Assembly: GCF_018977255.1 (NCBI RefSeq)
Contig: NW_024704742.1
Span: 98,334,001-98,398,000 of the forward strand
Direction: 5' to 3'
From: Callorhinchus milii
Lineage: Eukaryota
DNA: 64,000 nt
Below, piece after piece: positions 35,130-48,489 of the stretch. The position numbers and the translations under genes are program-made. The notes beneath the pieces were generated by a model that saw only the letters and a program-made list of their open reading frames with translations, did not search any database and was not told the origin of the DNA. How positions within the stretch are numbered: position 1 is the stretch's first letter; every line of letters begins with the position of its first letter.

Positions 35130-38100
35130 AATAAGGAGAAGGTTCTTCTATTCCAAGATAATCTTGAAGGCCAAGGACAACACCAGACTCCTCTTCTCCA
35201 CTACCAACCGGCTCCTCCATCCACCCTTTCATGCCTCACCCATCCTCTCCTCCAACTCCAACTGCAAGGAGATGCTGGATTTCCTGGAGACCAAAATTGA
35301 GGGGATCCGTTCAACCACCTCATCCTCCCAACTGCCAGCCCCTCCCCATCTCTCTCTCACACTCAAGCCCCTGCCCATCCCTCCCTCCACACCTTCGAAC
35401 CTGTCCACCCTGCTCTCTCATCACCACTGTAACACACATGAAGCCCACCACCTGCTCCCTCGACCCTATCCCTACTCCTCTCCTTATCCTCTCAGCTCCA
35501 CCTCCTCGCCTCTTTACTCTCAGACTTCGTTAACCTCTCTCTGTCAACTTGAACCGTTCCCACCCCCGTAAAAACTGTCATCTGTCAGTTGTCATCAACC
35601 CCATCCTAAAAAAAAGCTTCCTCGGGCCCATCCCTGCTCAAAAACTGCCAACTCATCGCCAATCCTCCTTTCCTTTACAAGGTCCTTGAAAGAGTTGTTG
35701 CTTCCCAGCTTCATTCCTTCCTCTCCTGACTCTCCCTTGACATAAACCTTGCAATAAGGTTTCGTGCTACACACAACATGGAAACAGCACTGGTCAAGGT
35801 GACAAATGACATTCTGTCCCTCTGTGACCAGGGCTCCCCCTGTCTCCTTGTCTTCCTCAATCTCTGTGCTGACTTTGACACTGTGGACCACTCTATCTTC
35901 CTCCACCACTTCTCCTCTCACCTCAACCTTCAAGGTTCTGTCCTCATCATCACACATGGCCTTGACGTTTCCGACCTGTCAATCATGGACAAGGCTATCT
36001 CGGACCACTTCTTCATCTCTCTCTACTCCCACGTCCCCCTCCCCTCTTCCAAACCCTTCCACCATTTTTTTCCGCCCCTGGAAAAAGCTTCCTCCTAAGT
36101 CCCTCACAAATGTCCTCTCTTCCTCATATCTCCTCTCCTCTGGCCCTCCACCCGCAGCGATCCTGATGCAGCTGTCAAGCTGCTGAATGACAATCTCTCT
36201 ACAACCTTCAATTCCCTGGTTCCCCTGAAATCCAGGGTTGTTTCCAAACCTACCAGGTAAATGGCAGAAATCCGGCCTCATGATTCACCGCCAGCTGTGG
36301 CCAGAGCACCTCTGCACCTACCGCCTTTCCCTTTCACAGGCCAAAACTGACTTTTATTCCATAGTCATCTTGAAGGCAAACAACAATCCAAAGATGTTGT
36401 TTTCCAACGTCCATCATCTCCTCTGTGCACCTACTCAAGCCCCCTCTATCCTCACATCAAATGCCAAGTACGAATAGGTCCTAGATTTCTTTGCCTCAAA
36501 AATTGAACACATCTGGTTGGCTGCATTGTCCTCCCCCCATGTCCACTTCCACCCCACCCAGACCATCCACAATGCCTACTCGCTCTGCCACGGCTCCTGC
36601 CACTACCCCCTCTAAACACTCCTTTGCTCCCATTTCTCCCTCCTCCCTCTCAAACACAATCACCCGGATGAAGTTCATCACCTGCTACCTTGACCCCACC
36701 CCTACCCAGCTCCTGATCACTCAATTCCCTCTTCTCTCCCACTGCTGGCCGACATGGTCAACCAGTCTCTTTGCTCAGCCTCTGTTCCACTCCCCCTGAA
36801 AAACGCTGTCATCACATCCCTCCTCAAAAATCCCATCCTCAATCCCTCTGATCTCTTTCACTACCGTCCCATCTCCAACCTACCCTTCCTTGCCAAAATC
36901 CAGGAACGCATTGTTGCAGGACAACTTGGTCACACCTCTCCCTTCACTCCCTCCTCGAGCCCCTGCAGTCTGGTTTTTGCTCTGCCCACAGCACAGAGAC
37001 AGGGTTTCTCAAATACGTAAACAACATTCTCTCTATCTGTGACCAGGGCTCCCTCTGCCTCCTCGTCCTCCTGGATCTCTCTACTGTGTTCGATGCAGTT
37101 GACTACACCATCCTCCTCCATCGGCTCTCCTCCCTCATCTACCTTAATGGGATTGCACTCACATGGTTCGAGTCCTACTTAACCAACCGCCTCCATTTCA
37201 TCTCAGCAAATGGTTTCTCCTCCCACCCCCACCCAGTCACCTGCAGGGTACTCCAGAGCTCCATCCTTGGCCCCCTTCTTTTCCTTATCTATATGCTCCC
37301 TCTGGGTGATGTCATCTGCAGACACGGGGTAAACTTCCAAATGTATGTGGATGACACAAAAAAATTACTTTGCCTCCTCCAGTACCAACTCCAGGTCTGC
37401 CAATGTTCCACCAGCTTATCTGGCAGATGTCAAGTCCTGGATGAGTGTAAACTTTCTGCAGGTGAGTATGGACAAGACGGAAGCCATACTCCTTGGCTTC
37501 TGTCAACAGCTTCACTCCTGTGGATCTAAACTCCTCAACCTCCCTGGGCTTTCCCTCATACTCACCAAACCAGTGTGCAACCTAGGCATCCGATTCAAAT
37601 CCCAACTGTCCTTCCTCCCCCACATCTAGTCCATGACCAGGACCGCCTTCTCCACCTCTGCTACATTGCCCGTCTCTGACCGTACCTTACCCCAAATGCT
37701 GCCACAACCCTCGTGCATGTGTTTGTCACCACTTGCATGGATTACTCCAACGCATTTCTGACCGAACTCCAGCATTCTCAAGATCCAGCTCATTCAAAAC
37801 TCAGCTGCCTGCATACGGACCCAGACCAAACTCTTTACTCACATCTCACCAGTTCTGACCAGGCTCCACTGACTCCCCATCACCGAACGGATCGACTTCA
37901 AGATCCTCACTCTCGTGTTCAAATCCATTCACACCCTGGCACCTCTCTGACCTCCTCACTCCGCAGTCTACTATGCAGCGCTGCCACTCGACTGGCACCG
38001 GCCTCTTGCTCATCCCTCGCACCCTCCGCTCCACCATCGGAGGTCGTGCTTTCAGCCACTACACCCCAAAACTCTGGAAGACTCTCCCTCAATCCCTCCA

Positions 38101-39370
38101 CCTTGCCCCTAGTCCCCTCTTTCAAGTCCCGCCTGAAAACTTTCTTGTTCGACCATGCTTATGGCCAACTTCCCACTCCTCTGGCTCAGCATCAGGCTCT
38201 GCCACTGTTAAGCGCTCTAAGATGCTACTCTGCGTGTAGGGCATTATATAAGTGCAACTTGTCATTGTTCAGATCCTATTTCTTACATCGGCTTCACTTT
38301 ATCTCGACAGACGGCTTCTCCTCCAACCCCTACACCATCTCGTGCAGTGTTCTTCAGCGCACTGTCCTCAGTCCTCTCCTCTTCGACTAAAAATGCTCCC
38401 TCTTGGTGACATCATCTGCACACATGGGGTCAACTTCCACATGCATGAGGATGACACCCTATTCTATCTCTCTGCCTCCACCCTCAATTCCAGGACCACT
38501 GCTGTTCTGACAGACTGTCTGTCGGACATCAAGTCTTGGATGAGAGCCAACAATCTGCAGTTGAACATCAGCAAAATTGAGGCTCTCCTGATTGGCTCAC
38601 ACCAGTACCTCTGTACCTCAGACACTGGCAGCATCAGCATCCATGAATGCACACTCCACCTCACCAAGCCAGTCAGGAACCTAGGCATCTTGTTCGACCC
38701 TCAACTATCTTTTTTCCCCCACATCCTTGCCACGACTGGTCTGCCTTCCCCCACCTCCACAACATTATGCGACCCCCCTCCCCCCCCCCCCCCCCCCCGC
38801 CTCACCCCTCAGGCTGCTGAAACCCTCATACATGTCTTCATTACATCTAGGCTCGTCTATGCCAACTCCCTGCATGTTGACCTTCCCAACTCTTCCCTCC
38901 ACAAGCTGCAGATCATCCAGAACTCTGCAGCTCGTGTCCTCTCCTGAATCAGGCTCCATGACACCATCAGACCCACCCTTGCTCAGCTCCACTGGTTCCC
39001 CAACCCTCAGAGGATCGAGTTCAAAATCCTCATCCTCACCTTCAAGATTCTCCATGGCCTTGCCCCCTCCTACCTCCCTGACCTGCTACCCCTTATCAAC
39101 CTGTCCACCCCCTCTGCTCAGCAGGCTTCGTCCTGCTCCATGTCCCCCACTCGGCCCACCCCACCATCGTAAGTCAGGCCTTCAGCCTCTCTGCCCCTAC
39201 CCTCTGGAACTACATCCCACATTTCTTTTGCCTCGCTCCCTCCCTTGGGTCCTTCAAGGCACACCTCAAGGCCCTCCTCTTTGACTGTGCCTTTGGCTAT
39301 CCTCCTACCACCTCTGCCTGCCTGATCCCAACCCCCTACCCTGCTCAGGTCTGAATCCCTAATCCCTGAC
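35130..39370 (+). mobile_element. Cluster of three co-oriented decayed L2 ORF2 fragments (about 35130-35940, 35950-38265, 38270-39370)
   Basis: Motifs: ETALVKVTNDIL/VFLNLCADFDTVDH (35780-35900); endonuclease end DKAISDHFF (35990); FDAVDYTILL...QSSILGPLLFLIY...MYVDDT (37090-37360); a 3' tail at about 38200-38262; a second RT C-terminus at 38390-38940. Confidence 0.95.
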
Positions 39371-39654
39371 TATTCAAATTACGCATATTTTAATGTTAAA
39401 TAACATTTAGTTAGCTCAAATATGTTTACCTTTGTGAACCAATAGCTTTTAAAAAGGTGACAGAATGTAAATTAGTCAGGAATTCACAACAAGCAACCAG
39501 GGTTTTCAACATACTGGCTGGTAGCAGCAAATGTTACCAGATGTCAACACTTTCTCCTGTCTTTGTCTTTATCGCTGTCCTATGACAGTTGCAGATGCTT
39601 GGTTTGTCAATTGAATTTATTAACGGCAAAATTCTAATTCTCTTACATAGTTTC

Positions 39655-40640
39655 TGTTTGGTCAGCTGGGTGTCCTACACCTGTGGAAAGCTATCACCAA
39701 TCTTCAGAGTATCCAAACCAAACAGAGTTCCATGCATCCCACCTATATATGGACATTCCAGAGATATTTATTGGAATGGAATGCAGACTCTCTCCCTGCA
39801 GGAACGCATAATACTTACCTAATTCCGGAAAGTATTAGGCACCAGTTGGCAAGAGCCCAGTGTGTGTATTGTGTACTGCTGGAGATTAACCAACTAAAAC
39901 AACATAACTTACCATTGAAAGCGTTGTCTCGCAAGCTTTCCCGCGGCTTGTCCAGCTAGGACCATCCTATCTGTTAGGGACTTTGGCTTACAGGGTTAAC
40001 GAGAGCTGCGTTGGAAGAATCCCTGCCCCCAAGTCTGCCCTTCCAAATCCTGTCAATAATAATAATAATAATAATAATCCTTGCATTTGATATAGCGTTT
40101 TTCACGTCGGGAGGACGTCCCAAAGCGCTTCACAGAATACACTGTAAAGTGAATTGACTGTATATATGTGGGCAAACGCGGCAGCCAATTGCGCACAGCA
40201 ATGTCCCACAAACAGTCGTAGATTGAAAATGACCAATTTATTATTGGTTTTAGTTTTGGAGGGATTATTATTAGGCTCTGTGTGGAGTAAGGAAACTTGC
40301 CCAAGGTTTCGCCCTCTGCCTGTAATTGAACTCAGGTCTCTCACTTGCAAAGCGAGTGCTCTAACCACTGAGCCACAGGACTCCACGAATTAGGCTGGCT
40401 GTGCTGTCATCAACAGGGCCCAGGAGTACTGCAGACCCACCAGTAACTGAAACTGGGCCACGAAGACCACAACAGAGGGTTAGCTTGATTCTGACATTCA
40501 TTGTCAAATATGTCACTTTGCAGTTAGCTCACTGTGGTGTTCCTAAGTCTTGGCTCTTGTCAATCTGCACCTTAAACTCTATGCTACTAGATGAGCAGGG
40601 TGTGTCCCTTCGGGAGAGAGTACACATTCGATTTCCACTA
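39655..40640 (+). repeat. Unclassified dispersed repeat (longest copy), interrupted by the SINE at 40054-40385
   Basis: The 5' segment matches 60575-60855(-) and 50931-51320(+). The segment after the SINE matches 32830-32915(+) and 50600-50700(-). Confidence 0.75.
40054..40385 (-). mobile_element. Full-length young tRNA-derived SINE
   Basis: Retains CpGs, has an (att)8 tail, and its 3' 'gcgctttgggacgtcctcccgacgtgaaaaacgct' nearly matches the young L2 tail. Confidence 0.95.
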
Positions 40641-41957
40641 AGACACAAGGAAGTATGACCTCCCACAATCAAAAACATAAATCGGTAGTTCATCTCATTG
40701 GTCTTTGAGGGGCATTGATAGTGCAAAGCAGCCGTTGCGTTTACCTTGATAAGAGTCACTGCATTTCAAAAAAGTTAACTAATTTCATTACACTTGCTCT
40801 TGAATTTGATGAGACATTTTATCAAATGTAGTCATTCTATATTTTTCTTATTAAATAGGAAAACATTACATTCCAAAATAATTCTTGATTATTAAAACAT
40901 TTTTAACACCAATTTGATTAACGTAGATTATTCTAAATATAACTACTGAGCTATATTCCCAGTTATTAATTGAGCACATCCAGTACTGATGTTTTCAAGG
41001 GTATGATTTCTATGCAGAGAAAATCAGCAAGGGTTTAGTAAAATGAAATTGGATAAAGATGACTCAGCTCTACAGCCATGACTGGGCCAGCATTCTTAAT
41101 TATGTTGCATTTGAATGTCTTTGATGTTTCTAAGTAGAACTGAGTTAAGATAGGAAATTAACCATGTGCAGTAGGCAAGGACTTCTGTGCCTGACCTTGC
41201 TTCAAAGCATGAAAACCTAGAAGAATGTTGTAGCAAACATTCAATCATGTGTTACAGAACAAGGTTTACATGCACAGGAATACAATGCAGCCATTCACCT
41301 CAGGAAATGCTCTTACGTAACTGAATATCTAACTGCATCAATGCTGGCTATGTCTTTCTCAATGTTTTCTGTACTTTGTTATTTCTAAGACAGCTGTAAA
41401 ATAAACTGACTTTTCTAATTTACGGTGAGAACAAAGAAGATTATCTTAAGATCTAAAACATGTAGCAAAGTTATAATATTAGTGATAATAATAATCCTTG
41501 CATTTAATAGTGCTTTATCACATTGTCAAAATGCGTCAAAGCAATTTGCAGGATTTTACTGTAAAGTGTAGTAACTGTTATATTTGTAGATGGTTCAGCA
41601 GGAAATCTTACCACAAATTAAACATTTTAAATATTCAAAAATCCCATATTTCAGATATAATTCAAAAGTTGCTGAATAACATGTATTTGGATCAAATTGG
41701 ATGAGACATATAACCTTTATTTATTCCTTATGTTTAAGTATCAGTCAAATGCAATGACTATTATTAAATTGGGAGGGGTATATGGAGCTAAGAAGGCTGG
41801 TAGTTGATCAATGGAGATGAAAGGGGATGAATTCATATACTGGAGTTTAAGTTTGATAGTCAATGTCCTTCGATCGAGAAATATCTATGCAAAACCTTCT
41901 CCCAGGAGATAGAATGGATGGTGTGGCGTGGAGTTCATAATAGAGTGAGTTTTAAGG

Positions 41958-42552
41958 TGATTCGGGACCACATCACTCCCACCCTCGCTCGCCTCCACTG
42001 GCTCCCCATCCCCCAGAGGATTGATTTCAAGATCCTCATCCTCACCTACAAGGCCATTCACGGCCTTGCTCCTTCCTACCTCTCCAACCTACTATCCCCC
42101 TACCTACCTGCCCGTACCCTCCGTTCCTCCGGCTCCGGTCTGCTCCACATCCCCCGCCCCAACCGCCCTACCATCGGTGGTCGGGCCTTCAGCCTCTCAG
42201 CCCCGAGGCTCTGGAACTCTATTCCACAGTGCCTTCGCCACCTCCTCCCTTTCCTCCTTCAAGGCCGGTCTCAAAACCTTTCTCTTTGACCGAGCCTTCA
42301 GCTCCCCTCTCGACTCTCTTCCCCCTTCTCGTTCCCTCCCATCCCTCCCCTTACCCTGACCATTTCCCCCCTCCTCGCTCCCTCCCCTCCCCTCACCCTG
42401 ACCATTTCCCCCCTCCTCGCTCCCTCCCTTCCCTCCCCTCACCCTGACCATTTCCCCCCTGCTCGGGTCATGACCCAACTGTGCAGCGCCTTGGGACGTC
42501 CTCCTGACGTGAAAGGCGCTTTATAAATGGAATCTTGTTGTTGTTGTTGTTG
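41958..42552 (+). mobile_element. Young L2 3' fragment with 3'-UTR VNTR
   Basis: Reads RDHITPTLARLHWLPIPQRIDFKILILTYKAIHGLAPSYL...GGRAFSLSAPRLWNSIP. (ttg)n tail. Confidence 0.96.
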
Positions 42553-43172
42553 TATCTGTGGAATGACCATGTTTGAAGTGCCTAATTGCCTTTTCTCACT
42601 CAATGTCTATCTTTTGTCTTATGTTCTTGTAATTTTACAAACAGCATAATTTATGAATCAAGTCAGTGGCATGATACTGATCTCAAAGGTTGCTGGTTAC
42701 AAGTGCAACAATATTAGAAAATAGTGACTTTTATTTTTAATTTCTATTGTAGCTGGTTTATTTTGTGGAAACATCCAAGGGTTGTGTAGAGTCTGTCGCA
42801 GAGGAAATATGTGCATCCGATCCTTTAAGGGGAGGAAAGCCTTAAAATCAGAACCAAGACAGTTGGAACTGAGGTCAGTAAGTATTTTTTTCATAGGAAC
42901 AATGGAATAGGAGTATATCATTAAAATCCTCAAGCATGTTGTGCCATTCTATTAGATTATACTGTTCTATACCCCAACTCCATTATGCTCCCTTTCTCTA
43001 TATCTCTTTTTACCGTTTGCTAACATATATTTATTAGTTACTTTATTTTCCAGTATGTTCTGTGATGTACTGTAATGTGGCATACATCCTGTGAAGTGCT
43101 TTGAAACATCCTGCTGACATAAAGGCACTATCTCAAATGTAAGGATTATGATTATTATATTCATTGTTAAAT

Positions 43173-43492
43173 GGGGTCCTGTAGCTCGGTAGTTAGAGCA
43201 CTTGCCTTGCAAGTGAGAAATCTGGGTTCAATTTCCAGCAGGGCAAAACATTGGGCAAATTTCCTTACTCCATATGCTTGATAATAATCCCTCAAGAAAA
43301 AAAAATAATAATTTGGTCACTCAACCCATGACTGTTTGTGGGACACTGCTGTGCTTAAATGGCTGCCGTGTTTTGCCCACAATATTCAATTCAATCAGTC
43401 AATTCACTTTACAGTATATTCTGTGAAGCGCTTTGAGACGTCTAGAAGATGTGAAAAGCGCTATATCAAATGTAAGGATTATTATTATTATT
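43173..43492 (+). mobile_element. Full-length tRNA-derived SINE
   Basis: Head 'ggggtcctgtagctcggtagttagagcacttgccttgcaagtgagaaatctgggttcaatttcc' and an (att)n tail. Confidence 0.93.
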
Positions 43493-43525
43493 AAGTGTAG
43501 TGACTATGTATTTTGTAGGTGAACA

Positions 43526-43732
43526 GCAAGGCCGGTCTCAAGACCTTTCTCTTCAACCGTGCCTTCAGCTCCCCTCTCGACTCTCTACCCATCCTCGCTC
43601 CCTCCCTTCCCTCCCCTCACCTCACCCTGACCATTTTCCCCTGCTTGGGTCCCGGTCCAACTGTCCAGCACCTTGGGACATCCTCCCAACATGAAAGGCG
43701 CTCTATAAATGCAATCTTGTTGTTGTTGTTGT
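43526..43732 (+). mobile_element. Short young L2 3' end inserted into a minus-strand Deu-SINE (43493-43900)
   Basis: TSD tgaaca at 43520-43525 and 43733-43738. The host SINE sequence is continuous across the insert. Confidence 0.9.
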
Positions 43733-44993
43733 TGAACATGGCAGCAACATTGCACACAGTGATGTCCCACAAACAGCCATAAAGTGAATGACCTGGGAGA
43801 ATGTTGGCCAGGACACATCCGTTCTCTTTTCAAATAGTGCTATGGGATCTTTAACCTTCAGCTAAACAGGCAGATGGACCTTAGTTATAGTCTCATTCGA
43901 ATAAAAAGATGAACAACTTTCAGTGAGAAGAGAGCTACTTAATATATTTTATTATATATCTATGGCAGATTTCTTTTGTTAATGTTTATTGCAATAATTT
44001 AGCTAATATTACAAAAACTTGAATTCTGTCTCTTGAATAAGCAAATTGCACAGCAGAAAGCAGATTCAAACTCATGTAATCTGCGATTTCAGTAGGAAAG
44101 TTTGCCTTGCAGTTTCTTAGTGAAGTAATGCTTGCCTCTGCTGACTGAACGTACTTAAAGTATCTTCTTAACATGCTGCCTCAGCAGTTCTTGGGAATCA
44201 GTTTACACAATGGTGAATTTAAACAAGAAACTCCATTAGTTAATGATTTCAGAGACCTTGCTCCAAAAAAGAATCTGCCAGTGAATTCAGAACATCTTAT
44301 CAGTCCAGAAATTCCTTAATTGTGTTTGGTTAGTTATTCTCCTCCAAGGCGCTTTGCTTGATCCTGAATTAGGGTGCTGTTGTCAACTGTGCCATTGTGG
44401 AGCATGACCATTCAATGAACAGGCACTTCCCCACAGGGAGAGCAGAACAAGTCAATCCAATCTGCTCTCGCAAATTTCCTGACAGCCAGTTGCACAGCAG
44501 CCTTCACTGAAGCCAAGTTGCTTAGTAGCAGCTTACCCTTGGGATAGTATGTGGCAGAGGGAGAGAACGGCAGAAAGGGACAAGAGGAGAGATTAGGAAT
44601 TGACTTAAAAGGAGGAAAGGAGCAGAAGCACTATCCGAAATGGCTGTCGTATAATCAAAGGGGTGAGAAATGTAATGTTTCATAACAGAATCAACGTGAT
44701 AATTAATGTTTTGAAACATCCATGTTTCCCATCCATTCCCAAAGACTGACATAGAACTTGAGCCCTTTGTCCCCGTGCCCATGATTTGAACTGAAGGACA
44801 AAAAGTGTTGACAATGTGTTAGCTATCTTGAATATCACAAAGATGGCCTAGTTTCTCTGTTTGATCTGGAACCAGTGTTTGAGTCAGCGTTTGAGCACTT
44901 CACAGGATGCCAGTCGAGTTCAGTCAATATCCTAATTTTTGCTGCACTGAAATGCCATTCTCTGTAATTGTGCAGTTATAGAGAGAGAAGTTT

Positions 44994-45165
44994 TCAGGCC
45001 CAACCATTATGAGGAGGCTTAATGAAGATGGAGGAAGCATGGGCTCTTCGGGATGAGGATGGAGGAAGAATGGGAGGGTGGACAGAAGAGGTGGTGCTGG
45101 TGGAGGAACAAAGCCTGTAGTTGTCCTCGGCCTCCAAGAGATCCTGGTGTAGAAGTGTATTTAGC
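44994..45165 (-). mobile_element. L2 ORF2 internal relic
   Basis: DLLEAEDNYRLCSSTS resembles ILKAKDNTRLLFSTT at 35158-35205. Confidence 0.6.
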
Positions 45166-45791
45166 TTGTCATACCCTGACAAGCCTCCAGCAATGTTGTT
45201 TTATTCATACAGATAAAGTCACAATTGAACAACTGTATATTAGAGAATAACAGCAGTGCAGGAAAGAGTATTCTTCATAGTTCAGCTGGGATTTATGTTA
45301 ATAAATAGGTTTTGTGACAACCAAAGCAACCACCAATAGCTGCTGTATAAATAATCTATTGGTAGTTTTATTCTCTATTTTTCACTCTCTTCCTATTTGC
45401 TCCCTTTCTTAAAACTCAAATCATGTTTTGGTTATTATGTAAAGCAATATTGATGTCTTGTTACATTTGATAGTGGCAAAACTTGATTTTTTGTTGTTAA
45501 TTTCAACTGAACTGCTCCAGTAGCTTTTATAACCAAAACTGATCTCCGGTCTTTAAATTATAATATCAACAACTGCTTTGTTCTTCCCTATTTATTCAAC
45601 GAAATGCATTTAAAATTAAGTTTCAGGTCTAGGTGTTGAAATTGGTATCATATCTGGGATTAGAAGATGCCTGAAATTCTACCTTGTCTTAGCCTGATTT
45701 GTCTTAAAAATAATGATGGTAAAGGATTATGCAAAAAGTTTGAATTCAACCATCATTTTGGAAGCTGATTTGAATCTTGCCTTAAAAAGAA

Positions 45792-46153
45792 GGCCTGTAG
45801 AGTATTGGTTAGCAGGCTCGCCTCAAAAGCGAGAGGACCCATGTTCGTTTCCTGGGAGGCAGAAACCTTACGAAAGTTTCCTTTCACCACATTCCTGCGT
45901 AGCAGTAAATAGGAACCCGGCTATTAGTCGATTGGTGGATCACTTACTGGGAATAATAATCACCCCCCACCCTCGCCAGCCCCCCCAAAACAGGCCACTC
46001 AATCCATAACTATTCGTGTGATGCTGCTGTGCGCAATTAGCTGCTGCGTTTTGCCCACAAAATACACAGTCAATCCACTTTAGAGTTTATCCTGTGATAT
46101 GCTTTGAGACGTCTCCAATGGCGTGATAAGGCACTCTATCAAATGCAAGGATA
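45792..46153 (+). mobile_element. tRNA-SINE variant with a longer central region
   Basis: Head 'ggcctgtagagtattggttagcaggctcgcctcaaaagcgagaggacccatgttcgtttcctgg', an extra 'cagtaaataggaacccggct' segment, and the common tail. Confidence 0.8.
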
Positions 46154-46329
46154 AAAAAAAGTGGTTTCCAAAGTAAGAATGAATTTAAGCATCTTGAGTC
46201 TTAAGATAAATTGGTTTTACAGACTAGGTGACATGCGGAGTCAAGTCCAGCCCAAATTGGTGAAATGAAAATCTACCCTGTACCAACTGGAAACGTTCTA
46301 AATCCAATATGTCCACAGTAGCACATATT

Positions 46330-46735
46330 CAATAACTAAGTTCATTCTCATTTCTGGGTCAGAAGGTTGTGAGTTGAAACCCCACTTGGGACTTTGCATT
46401 CACAGTCCAGGCTGATACTTCAGTGCAGTGCTAAGGAGGACTGTGTTGTCTAAGTGCCATCCTTGATATGAGATTTTGAACTGAGGTCCTGTGTGCCTCT
46501 TCAGGTGGATGTTAAAGATTGCTTGACTCTAATTAAAAAGAGAAGCAAGCTTCCTCTGGCCAACAAACCTCCTTCACTTCACAGCTGTTTGTGAGAGATT
46601 GCTGTGTGGAAATTGGCTGCTGTTTTCGCTTACAAAATACACAGTCACTAAGTTTTAGTGAGACTATGTGAGTACGTTTTGAGATGTTCTCAATGTTATA
46701 AGCATTTTATAACATGCAAGGATAACGATTGTTAA
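46330..46735 (+). mobile_element. Deu-domain SINE
   Basis: 'ctgggtcagaaggttgtgagttgaaaccccact...ggctgatacttcagtgcagtgct...caggtggatgttaaagat' followed by the tail. Confidence 0.8.
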
Positions 46736-48489
46736 TAACATTTGTAGAAAACTCACCCCTGTTTCTTTAGCTGTGGATGGAAGGAAAACACCATGAAATA
46801 TTTCTCTCTAAGCAGAGTTGGGTATCTTTCCTACAAACATGATGTCAGTTCATCTTGAAAGAAATGGTTTAAGTAATAACAGCTTTATATTTATCTCTGT
46901 CTTATTGTTTTACTTGCTACAGTTTGCAATTGCTCGTAAATCAGTAGCTTTATAGCTCCCCAGTTACTTTAGTGGTTCGGGTTTCTTTGAGTGTAAATGA
47001 TAAATCAAGAACTAAGAACATAGAATTCCCTAGATACCGTCAACCAGACAGTCACCTTTTAGTCCCTCTGATGTTTTCATAAAGTCAGTACAAACTGGGA
47101 CTTGTTCCAGGTTTATGAGATTTTCAGTCATTCTGCCCCTGTTCTCTGGAACCCCAACCTTCAACTCGTTCCCTCCCTTCCCTCGTTCAAGGCTCGCCTC
47201 AAAACGTACCTAGATTCAAAATGTACCTCTTTGACTGCATTATCATCCTTCTGTTGTGAAACTTACTATATAAGTGTAAATTGTATTGTATTTTACCCTT
47301 GCACTACTTTTTAAAAACAAAGTCTTATCATGAGTAGTATTCTTTGTGCTTAGGTGAACGTAGGTTGCTAAACGCACTGCTCAGTGAAAAATGAGCAGGT
47401 AGGGGGTTTAGTAGGAAAAAGTAGCATTGTTTCACATTTGGCCATGACATATTTTTATAAAACGAATTGTTAAGAAAACCAAGATTGCTGTGTGATTCTT
47501 CTCAGGCGGGAAAAGTAAATGAAACTAAAAGGAACGGTGCCTTCATTTACTAGTGCTTGAAAGAAGACACCATTCCTTCATTCATCCAACTAACAAACCA
47601 TTTGCTTTTGACGACTCTTAAAATTGTGAGCCTACTTAAATATCATTAATGTTTGGTGCTGGTGTGATTCAATGATGAATAAAAATGGAAGTTATTTCAG
47701 GCGCAAATATAATTTTGGTATTTTCACTGCACATAGGTAATAAAATAAATGTCAAGATTTTCTTTAGAGTCTATTGCTAATCTTATGATTCTCTCCTTCT
47801 ATGTTCTTCCTGTAGAGGCAGCTTACTCCCCAGTTCCCCTATAATTTTCAATCCATTTCCCAGTCTATAGTTCTTCATCACTTTTTTCTGCTCAAAACCT
47901 TTTGTCTATTATTGTATGATAGTCACTTCATCCCCTTTTCTTGAACCCACTATGCTCACTCACTATTGGATTCCTTTCACAATTTTATTCCTCTCTCACT
48001 CCTTCCTTCCCAAGAATGCGACTCTGTTCTGGTTTTGCTTCATAGAGTTGCCACCTTTTGCAATAATAATAAGTTCTGAAAAGAGTCTAGATGTTGCGAT
48101 TTCATTTCCGTCGACTGCAACTCCCCTAATGTTCTGTAGACATCCCAGGTGGCAAACACACTGATGTAACCATAGCCCAGTAACAAGACAAAATAATGAC
48201 TGGTAACTAAATGAATTGAATGAGCAATGGAGGAAATGATTGCTTTAAATAATTAAATAAATTCTGATTTTACTTCACTAAATAATTAAATAACTGATGG
48301 AACTTAATAAAATTCAATAATGAAATTAGTGACTACATTTGTAAGGAATCTGAGCAGTGCAGGTATGAATCTGCACATCGCAAGCTTCTTGCAATGCTTT
48401 GTGCTTTCTTCATCAGATTCATCTTCCATCTCTTACCAGTGCATTGCAGGTGTTCTATATGTTTGTCTATAGTCGCTGCCTTCTTAGTT

